DNA of 64,000 bases, taken from NCBI GenBank assembly GCA_951406725.2, contig OX597816.1, forward strand, positions 19,096,001 through 19,160,000, read 5' to 3'. Made by a program: the position numbers and the translations under genes. Each line of letters begins with the position of its first letter. Position 1 is the first letter of the stretch. This document shows positions 24,774-35,483 of this stretch, piece after piece. The notes beneath the pieces are model-generated. The model was not told the origin of the DNA. It made no database searches and was given only the letters and a program-made list of their open reading frames with translations. This DNA comes from Octopus vulgaris. Taxonomy: Eukaryota.

Positions 24774-25589
24774 CAGTTATTACTTTTTCTAAGAATTGAA
24801 AGAATGTCGGAGATAGAAATAGAAAAGTGTTACAACAAAGTCTATACTAGTAGCAATATAAAATATCAAAACCAAATGTATAGTGGGTATGAGAATGTTA
24901 GCAGACATATATACTTGATGATAGAATAAATGTAATCTTATTCAAGAAATATATTTGACCTTCCATTGTATTCCCATGATTAAAGCTAAGGTTAAGCAGC
25001 TTGACTAATTTCCTGGGAATTGTACAACACAATGGGAATTATTGTATTATTCATTTTTACAAGGTAAATTTGAATTAATTTTCCTCCTGGACATTTAGCA
25101 TAATAAATTGCTTTATGAAAAACAAATTTTATTATGAATAAATATCGATTTTGTAGGGGATGTTGTATAGTCAATCAAATCTGTCTTGTTTATTTTATAT
25201 TTTCCTCGTATATTGTCACCCTTAAGAGGACAAAGAAAAAAAATAGAAACTTAAAATCCGTGTTATCTGAATTTAAATCATAGATAGACATTGAAATTTT
25301 AGATTCGAAAGCCGTTCCGTTACTTATAAATAAGTTACTGTGAACAAATATTAAGAATTCAGCAATTACAAATTTAACACATGTTGAATAATATATAAGT
25401 TGCTAATAACATCTACACTTCGTGTCAGCGAATAAAATTTTAAGATCTATAATTTATTTCTATCACAAGACAAATTTGATGTTCAACTGTCGTATACAAC
25501 ATTTTTCTGAACAGCTTCGAACGCTACTTTCATTAAAAGAAGGTATATAATCAACTACATATTGTCCTGCGCAAGTGTTTTCATATGCA

Positions 25590-25868
25590 ATATCACGTGA
25601 TCACGTGACCGACCAGACCATCAGATGTTGTTACACATCGCTGGTCACAATGCGTTCGCATTGTTTTAGCCTTCGAATGACGCCACCCCGCTGGCTAAGA
25701 GAGCAGCCCAAGAGAAGAAAGAGTGGGAGAAAGAGTGGTGAAAGAGCCTCGTGGAGCTTTTAGGTGTTTTCGCTCAATAAACACTCACAACGCCCGGTCT
25801 GGGAATCGAAACCGCGATCCTGCGACCGCGTGTCCGCTGCCCTAACCACTAGGCCATTGCACCTCCAC
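25590..25868 (-). mobile_element. tRNA-derived SINE, probably octopus OR1/OR2-type
   Basis: Minus-strand head 'gtggaggtgcaatggcctagtggttagggcagcgg...ggtttcgattcccagaccgggc' with A and B boxes. Confidence 0.85.
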
Positions 25869-26626
25869 ATATGCAATATAGTGAGTAGAAAAACCGATAA
25901 TAAATCGTAATGTCCACGGTGAACAGCTTATATATTCATCCTTAACTATTTCTAGCGTGAGTAGTCAAATCACTATTATGGTTAGATATTGGAGAACAAT
26001 TTCGATTGATCATTGTTCGCCAGATATCAATCAATATGCATCATCAGATAATTTTGGTGCTGAATATATAATCAAGAGCCACAAAATGCTGTTACATTTA
26101 TTATTCGAGGGAACTTTGTTTGGTAGAGTACAACGAAACAAGTGACGTCCCAAAGATTTTTATGCATCTCAATCGAGCGGGTTATGAACACACATTCATC
26201 TTATCGGTGTATGTGCTTTCCGATGAGGAAACCCAATAGGGAATACCACATTCTGTCGGAAATTAAAATAAATGAATACGTAAGGAATCGTGTGTGTATG
26301 TATGGCACTATAAAGTAGAGTATCTTAAAGGTAGAATTACAAATAGAAAATAGTAACAAATATTTTAAAATTTCGAGTTCGGTGAAAGAAGTTAATAAAG
26401 ACTAACCGAAATGAAGATGATACGCGTATTAGGAAAGTCCGAAACTCGAGGACTAGATTATCCACGCCTGGTTGTTCATATATCTGGTCTTCTTACAAGA
26501 GGTAAGTTGATAATTTTTGTTTGTTGACTGTACACATTTTTGCGAGTATATATTCAGTGAAGCTTTACATAGGGTCGTTCTGTTATCAACTGCTATTTCC
26601 AACAAACATTAGTGCCTTGTATAAAG

Positions 26627-26688
<62 letters not shown>

Positions 26689-26835
26689 TTAGTACAGCCA
26701 TAACTAAAGCGATAGAAGAAGCTAGTAAGCACCAGCGCTGGTAGAGATAAGAGTCAAAACAAAACTGAGTGCAGTTTTCTAACGACTAACAAAGGATGCA
26801 AGCCCGCGCTACTACGACGAACGTGATGCAGTTAT

Positions 26836-26876
26836 ATCAGTGTTGTTTTCAGATTTGATTAATCGTCATCGGTGAT
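26836..26876 (-). ncRNA. Decayed hammerhead motif (CCGATGA core)
   Basis: Minus strand: atca-CCGATGA-c-gatt-aatca-aatc-t-GAAA-acaacac-tgat; stem III and the cleavage triplet are degraded. Confidence 0.4.
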
Positions 26877-28675
26877 GCATTATTCGTCGCCGAGGGTTGA
26901 AGAACCTGACTTACCCTGTCAGTCATATTGGGAACAATATAGGAAACACTGACTGCTTCAGAAAGTGGTGAATTGAGAATTATATATTATCAAGGTGGCT
27001 ATTTGCACCTTGTAACTACATGATCGATTCATGCATACATTGTCTTGTCGAATTACCAAAATATTTCCATATAAATTTTAAGCATTTATCTCTTTCATCA
27101 TTTCTCCGGTTCCATCTGTGAGTCGATGACATTTATGTCACATACCGTCCTTTACTAAAAAAGAGTTCATCATTATATTTCGTTTTGGGATTTGGTTTGC
27201 AAGATTCTTTATATGAGTTCGTGTGTCGAAGCATATTCTGTTGTGTCTGGGGAGAATCATTTTCTCTTTGTTCCTTAAAATGTAACACACTCACCGATAA
27301 AATTTCCACGTACTTTGATTATGATTTGCGTAAATAATAATTTGCGTTATTTCAAAAGATCTGATACCTATTTATATGCATTTATTGGCAGGATTATCAT
27401 ATTTCAGATTACGTTAAGGCATATACTTAATTCTAATAACAGATAATGAGACAAGAAAGAAACATCGGTAAAGAGCAATAATATTTCATTACAAGATATT
27501 TAAAAACAACAATTAATCAATCACTTGACGGTTAATTTTAACTCCGTTTTCTAAAACAGTTGCATCGTTTACGATGGGCAATTATTACAAATGTAGCCAT
27601 CAATAACAACATCGCACACAAAAGTGCAAAGAGTACAAACATAGAGAGTAAAGACAATTATTTTTGAATGATTTATTTATAATTATCGCAATTTCAATTA
27701 TATATGTTATGCCTCATTTTGAACATAGAACATGACACCTAATGTCAAATATTTATGCTTGCAATAAAGTGTGAATAATTACTATGTATCTTAATAAATT
27801 GCTTTGGATATATTTAGAATCAATCTTGAGGAAATTATGAATTCTTAATATAATTTTTATAATGTAAAACCCACAAATAATTTGTAAAAGATTTTAAAAA
27901 AAAACAGTTTTTCATGAAATTTGAATATTTTGAATTGTTAACAATCCGATTCATAAATTTTAATTTAAATGTTAAAACAGATGAACAAAAAAAAAATTTC
28001 AAGATATTACAATATAAATATTTGATGCTTGCCTTAATTTCTATTTCAAAATTTCATCGTTTATCACACATTTTTTAATTATTATTGAAGGAACTCTACC
28101 ACCTGCACGAGAACACACCTATGTAAATAAAACATAAAATGCATGGATTTTGCTAATAACCATAGCCAATAATCTGCAATAGAAAACATACAGGAGCTTA
28201 TAAATCGCTTATAAATATGCACATGTATGCACGTATCAGCTCATGGATATAAAGGATAATTAGTGTGCACGAACGTATATCCATGATCAAAATCATTGCG
28301 CTCGTTATTCATGTTATAAGGTTAGGTATATTACTTACATACGTAAGCACAAGTTTCGTATAAATTATTATGTAGCTGAAAAGAAACTTCTGACTTATTC
28401 TGATTGTTATGAAATCTTTCCGCATGGTGATACGTTTTATCACGAAGTGTTTGGACCTATGAAAATAATATTAATGTTACAATGCCACATAAAGTTTGAG
28501 GTTTCCCTTACTTTTCGTATGAGATGCCAAATTCCCTTCTCTATTCATTCAGAATCCACAAATAATATAGCAAACCACTTACCTATTCCAGGGAAGGTTA
28601 GATTCATTTGAGTAGAGTATGTTCATAGCGCTACCTCAGGCTTGACATATTCTACTGACTATTTCTCTCTCTCTT

Positions 28676-28755
<80 letters not shown>

Positions 28756-28758
<3 letters not shown>

Positions 28759-28948
28759 TATAAAATCCGTTCTGTCTGTCTGTGTGTCTTCTAGGATCTC
28801 GAGCATCTTCCATCCAATTGCGCTCAAATTTGATAGGTAGATACCAACGATATCAGGGCGTGTATAAGTTTTGAAAAAATTACAAAAATCGATTCCATGT
28901 GAGAATGCGATCGATAAAGCCGTGGGAACGTGCATTTGTACGCGCAAG
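28756..28948 (+). mobile_element. Small non-autonomous Helitron-like element
   Basis: Starts TC after an A of a (TA)n array; (ctgt)n near the 5' end; subterminal hairpin 'cgtgcatttgtacg'; ends CAAG (one mismatch from CTAG) before T; no TSD. Confidence 0.7.
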
Positions 28949-29580
28949 TATATCAGGAATACGGTTTACAAGGCTGCACTCCACTAGATTTCCCATGCTT
29001 TTGATCATCCCTTAAAGTAAGTTAGTTAAAAATAGTTACTTACTTCCCTAGGTTGTTGCATTACATCAAAATTCGGCTCAAGTTGATTTCCGACATAGTT
29101 TATCGGATAAACCTATTATTGTCCCAGGTACGTTCTCATAAATTCATCATGCTTTTCCATCTAGATTTACCTTCAGCCAACCCATTTGCATGCATGGATT
29201 TTGTCCTGCTTTTCCTCCGACAATCTGTACATGATTGAACCTTCAATGTTTTGTCGTTTTTGTACTGCTTAAAGGCACGTTTCTTTCCTGCCAAGCTTAC
29301 TGTTTAAACCACGTCTGTGTTCTTCCAGTCAACAGCCTTATCATTACTGGTACTTTAAACTCTTCGGTTGTATATTTGTGTGAGTAAAATCCTTTTTCTT
29401 TGGAATAGAAAAGAGTTTCTCTTTATTTCTTCTTTCTCTGGTGTCTCAAATTTAGGTTAAGTCAGTGTTTCCCAAAGGGGAGGCCTATGAGACGGTCGGA
29501 CAAGTTGCTTTGAGAGAATTTGGTTTAAATGTTTGACAACTCAGCACCGTCCATTTGACGGGGAGGGGGAATTTTGCTCG

Positions 29581-29617
<37 letters not shown>

Positions 29618-29621
<4 letters not shown>

Positions 29622-29866
29622 GAAAAAACAAATCAGGATAGAGAATACTAAAATAATTTTATAAAGAACATTTCAGTACCGGTTTCAGTCATTGAGACCT
29701 TTTGAACTGTAACAATTAAATAATTTAATTTAGAAAAATTCAAAACAAGTCTTTTAAAATAATATTTGTATAGTGTTCAAATATAATATAAGTGGCATTT
29801 TCCTTGTTTCTGCCTTTCTCTGTCTCTCTTGTTTACACATGTGGGTTCGAGGTCGTTGTGAATTCT

Positions 29867-29871
<5 letters not shown>
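29618..29871 (-). mobile_element. Short (TA)n-flanked repeat carrying a U3-A8 hammerhead relic (putative Penelope-derived)
   Basis: Flanked by (TA)n on both sides. Its right part recurs at ~48260-48388 ('aagtgg.attttccttgtttctgcct.tctctgt.tctcttgtttac'). Confidence 0.6.
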
Positions 29872-29912
<41 letters not shown>

Positions 29913-30698
29913 AAACATATATTTTAACACACACGAACACACAGATACACACACACATATGTATATGGCTTTGTGCATGTGCGCATAACGTTTACGTATT
30001 CGTGAGAGTGGATGTCCTTGAATATGTTTCAGTGTTTCTATTTTGTATAAGAATGTAAATTTCTGTAAATAGCTGAAAGTGGTTGATCTCGTAAAAGTAA
30101 TTTTATTGATCTGATCTATTAATAGAGATCGATAAAACAGGTACCGTACAAAATTATGTATCCCATATAATTGAGCAGAAGCATTAAATACAGAGAGAAT
30201 GCCGAATTTTATTCATTAATCCGTTTTTCCTGGAACGAAAAATAATTAGTATTCAGACAATCCGGCTCGGGATAAATTTTGCGCAGAACGGATAAATCGC
30301 TAGATTTTCATATTCGCGTGTGTAATTAAATATATTTGCAACGAGAATATTTACATAATCGCTGCACTCATGCTCCCAATTGATTTAGTATTTCTCTATC
30401 GTAAATAGAAGCGCCATTTATGTGCCCACATTGAATATGTTATATAAATTGCATTAGAATGGTGCTCCTAAATGTAATAAAGCGGATTTTAAGCCAAGAT
30501 GTATGAAGAACAGGAATGTATACATCCATTTAAATATATAGTATACTCCTTACTCGTAAGATGCAAAACTATGGCGCATTTATTTACACAGAAACTCCTT
30601 TCCATTAGGACGTATACGTATATCTTTTAAGGCATTAAATATTGATGAGCCATTCTGCACACTATGTGATTAGACGCGTATACATAGAAAAATATATA

Positions 30699-31102
30699 TG
30701 GCTGTGTGGTAAGTAGCTTGTTTACCAGCCACATGGTTCCGGGTTCAGTCCCACTGCGTGGCACCTTGGGCAAGTGTCTTCTACTATAGCCTCGGGCCGA
30801 CCAAAGCCTTGTGAGTGGATTTGGTAGACGGAAACTGAAAGAAGCCCGTCGTATATATATATATATATATATATATATGCGTGTGTGTTTGTGTGTCTGT
30901 GTTTGTCCCCCTAGCATTGCTTGACAACCGATGCTTGTGTGTTTATGTCCCCGTTACTTAGCGGTTCGGCAAAAGAGACCGATAGAATAAGTACTGGGTT
31001 TACAAAAGAATAAGTCCCGGGGTCGATTTGCTCGACTAAAAAGGTGGTGCTCCAGCATGGCCGCAGTCAAATGACTGAAACAAGTAAAAGAGTAAAAGAG
31101 TA
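30699..31102 (+). mobile_element. SINE family A
   Basis: Near-complete young copy ending '(gagtaaaa)n'. Confidence 0.93.
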
Positions 31103-31171
31103 TATATATATATATATATATAAGTTTAAAATAATGATCATAACATATAATTTCTATATTAAAGCAAACCT

Positions 31172-31286
31172 GTCTTACAGCTGTTTCCAGTAATCATTAT
31201 AGGTATATTACTTATAGTTTTATTCAATTGATCAATTAAGGTAAATTGAAGAACCCAAGAAGATTTATGCTACTTTCGTCAGATCC
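31172..31286 (-). ncRNA. Hammerhead relic with a long stem II
   Basis: Minus strand: CTGACGA (plus tcgtcag at 31276-31282), stem II base agtag..cat/atg..ttact, then GAAAC-AGCT-GTA (plus 31176-31187). Stem I pairs poorly. Confidence 0.5.
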
Positions 31287-31416
31287 ATTGCTGGAAATAA
31301 CAAGATGAGCACAATAAGAATGGTTATTTTATAAGGAAGGTGGGGGAAGATTTCGATGTTTAAGCAGAATAGGTGAAGGCAGGTTACAATGTGTTGGGAG
31401 CAATCGAGGGAGTGAT

Positions 31417-31606
31417 AGCAACAACAGCAGCAGCAGCAGTAGCAATAGTAGTAGTAGTAGCAATAGTAGTAGTAGTAGCAATAGTAGTAGTAGTAGCAAT
31501 AGTAGTAGTAGTAGCAATAGTAGTAGTAGTAGTAGTAGTAGTAGTGGCAGTAGTAGTAGTCGTAGTAGTAGTAGTGGTGGTGGTAGTAGTTGTTGTTGTA
31601 GTAGTT

Positions 31607-31646
<40 letters not shown>
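31417..31646. repeat. (GTA)n microsatellite with an 18-bp higher-order unit
   Basis: 'gcaatagtagtagtagta' repeated about five times inside (gta)n. Confidence 0.92.
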
Positions 31647-31926
31647 ATTGCCAAATTTGGAAGAGAGTCACAAACATAGGTCGGAAACCATTACACTATT
31701 AGCATTGTATAGAGGTAATATATTCTCCAGTCGATGTGATGAAATTTAATATGGGCTTTTCATAAATGTGGATGAGTCTAAGTCAGTAATTTTGAGCTTT
31801 TAATGTAGAATACTTTAACAGTCCTGTTAGAGAATTATAGTGAACTTGCAGAGTAAATTGTTATAAACAATTATGATGAACGTATCAGCAACAACAACAA
31901 CAATATGAATAATATCAATAAATTGC

Positions 31927-32153
31927 TTTATTGCCCATCAGGGGCTAAACATAGATGGGACAAACAAGGACAGACAAAGAATTTAAGTCGATTAAATCGA
32001 CCCCAGTGCGAAACTGTTACTATATTTATGGACCCCGAAAGGATGAAAGGCAAAGTCGACCTCGGCGGAAGTTGAACGCAGAACGTAACTACAGACGCAA
32101 TACCGCTAAGCATCTCACCCGGCGCGCTGACGTTCCTGCCAGCTCTCAGCCTT
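31927..32153 (-). mobile_element. Family-B SINE
   Basis: Full copy, from 'gccagctctcagcc' to 'ctttattgccca'. Confidence 0.88.
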
Positions 32154-32654
32154 ATATCAATACCAATAATATTAACACAATCACCATCCGGTAATCTTAT
32201 AAATTATAAGAGAAAGAACAATACAACTGGCCATGAGATAATAATATAACAACGATAAGAGAGTAATAGCTCCATATATTGGTTGAAAGTAGAAAATTCT
32301 AGTTAAAATAAGATATTAAAATCTTAAAGGAATAAAATAAAACAGAAATAAATAATACTTTAAAAACATATTTTAAGGCTTCCGGTGCTATTTGGCATGA
32401 GTGTTAATCTGAATTGTCAGGTTCTATGATTCAGAGTCGCACCTAAATTTCTATTACTTTTTACATTCTTGCAATATCGTCTCCTTTGTTATTATAATGA
32501 CGTTTAGGTATTTTGTGTGTGGCTTTTGGTTAATCCTTCCGCGCAATCAGCAAGATATGAAACGGAATATTTTCACCTGTAGAAGGTCCCCAGAAAAAAC
32601 CTTCAGCTGTTCAAAACACCACTCAGTATCATTCATATCTTGCGCAAAAGCTAT

Positions 32655-32800
32655 TTCTGAGTCCAAATTCCGCCGAGGTCGACTTTGCCCATCATCGTTT
32701 CGGTATCGATAAATTAAGTACCAGTTGCATAGTAGTGTCGATCTAATTGACTAGACCCCTTCCCTCTAAATTTCGGGACTTGTGCCTAGAGTAGAAACGA
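32655..32800 (+). mobile_element. 5'-truncated family-B SINE with the alternative tail
   Basis: 'ctgagtccaaattccgccgaggtcgactttgcc...tttcgggacttgtgcctagagtagaaa'. Confidence 0.85.
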
Positions 32801-32859
32801 AAACAGAAGCTGTTTGCCCGAACCTGCCTCTTACAAATGTTGCTTTAGAACTTATAGCA

Positions 32860-32968
32860 AAATGTCATTGCTACATGTTTTAACAGGTGTTACCAGACCT
32901 TCTAGGCTTTGGTCTTCTCTAGCAACCAGCTTCAGATCGACCATATAAAACAGATGGTTTATTGTCGT
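32860..32968 (-). pseudogene. R4/Dong RT catalytic-motif fragment abutting (TAA)n
   Basis: Minus strand TINHLFYMVDLKLVAREDQSLEGLV, cf. R4-clade INHLLYMDDLKLYA. Confidence 0.75.
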
Positions 32969-32981
32969 ATTATTATTATTA

Positions 32982-33607
<626 letters not shown>

Positions 33608-33620
33608 TACTATTATTATA

Positions 33621-33664
<44 letters not shown>

Positions 33665-33699
33665 TATTATAATTATCATTATTATTATTATTATTATTA

Positions 33700-34041
33700 C
33701 TTTTTTTTTCTTCTTTCAAATTTTCTTCCATTTCTTGCCGAGTGTCTTCCCGACTCCTAGGGCAAAGAAACTCATAGCGTATATTGGTAGGCCATTAAAC
33801 CAAACTCAGTAGTTCGTTCATTTATTTTTTTTTTTAAAGTTAAATTAAAATACATGAGCAGCAACAGTTCTCACATCGACAATGCTCTTCTCAATACGTG
33901 TGATGTACCAGTTAAGACAATCTTTTGCACTTCTTGCAGGGATGGTAAGCCAGGGATCATTCTCATATAATTTTCGGTTCCCTTCTTGATCATTCCTAGT
34001 GCTCCTACGATCACTGGTATTGTAACCGCCTTGAGATGCCA

Positions 34042-34043
<2 letters not shown>
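33700..34043 (-). mobile_element. 5'-truncated R4/Dong LINE, family 2
   Basis: MWHLKAVTIPVIVGALGMIKKG...LQEVQKIVLTGTSHVLRRALSM* plus a 3' UTR ending gaagaaaaaaaaag|taataa. Confidence 0.9.
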
Positions 34044-34102
<59 letters not shown>

Positions 34103-34262
34103 ATCATTATTATCATCATTATTATTACTGCTACTACTATTATTATTATTACTATTATTATTATTATTATTATTTTTATTACTATTACTATTACTATTAT
34201 CATTATCATTATTAATATCATTATCATCATCATCATTATTATTATTATTATTATTATTATTA

Positions 34263-34331
34263 CTTTTTTTTTCTTCTTTCAAATTTGCTTCCATTTCTTG
34301 CCGAGTGTCTTCCCGACTTCTAGGGCAAAGA
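34263..34331 (-). mobile_element. ~70-bp 3'-terminal stub of Dong family 2
   Basis: Near-identical to 33700-33768, with the same junction to (TAA)n. Confidence 0.88.
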
Positions 34332-34335
34332 GTAA

Positions 34336-34395
<60 letters not shown>

Positions 34396-34399
34396 GTTA

Positions 34400-34445
<46 letters not shown>

Positions 34446-34451
34446 TACTAA

Positions 34452-34524
<73 letters not shown>

Positions 34525-35483
34525 TTCTGTATCGATGTTGCTCTTGTATTTGCATGAACTAATCGCCAAATCCACTTGTTCTTTGCATTTACTGTGGTTT
34601 ACAGCAAAGCTTTCGTAGATTTGTTCTGTATATTTTTACCAGTAACCCGAAAAACTACCAGTTGCCATTTGGTTTTCAATTTTGTTAAGGTCTTTATCGA
34701 TGTTTTCTATTGAAATATATGTTCAAAAAATAGAAGCAACACTACATCGACAGGTATTTCATCATGATATCAGAGAGGTATAAATAGTTTTTGGAACGGC
34801 ATTTTTATCGCTCACTTCGTTTTGTGTTGCCATATCAGTAAAATATCTCCCATGGCAACAAACGTGCACGAGATAGAAGCAAAAAACCCACCCAGGTTGA
34901 TATAAAAACTGCGGAAAATGCAAGATAGTAGTGGCTTCATCATATCTACCAACCCATCTGATAATTCACTACTATTGCCATCAACAACACTTCAAATATC
35001 AACACTGCCATCATAAATAACGCCAATGCTGCGCTTAGTAAACCAATTGTTGTTAACGGTTTAGGTGACGCGGCTAAAATAAAAATATCTATAAATCGAT
35101 CGCTGTAGTATTTGAAGAACACCAGGAATTTCCTAATTGAGTTAGATCAAGTTAGAAAGAACATTATTGTTAAGTATACCTCAGTACATCCAGGTGCACA
35201 CAAATAAATGTATAATAGATAATTCTATAATAGCGAACTCAAGGGAAAGTAGAGGAAGCGACAGAAATCCAAGTACATGAAATAATTTCAAACAAGGGTG
35301 CATCGCTTCAGATAAACATTTCGACACGCAAGATGTGAAACATCAAATCGATGATGAGGCTAACAATTATTCTTTAAAATCACTGAAGTGTGAGGAACTG
35401 CTACTCCTCACATATGTATAAATCGATCGGCATTTAGCAAACATAGATATATAGAAATAATGAAATATATGTATATACATATA

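Noticed and set aside
25790-25868. tRNA genes (also at ~2100, 14468, 19500 and 61460)
   Set aside because: A and B boxes are present but there is no complete cloverleaf, and each continues into a SINE body.
31384-31677. Mucin-like poly-Thr ORF
   Set aside because: (GTA)n microsatellite with a non-ATG start and no domain context.
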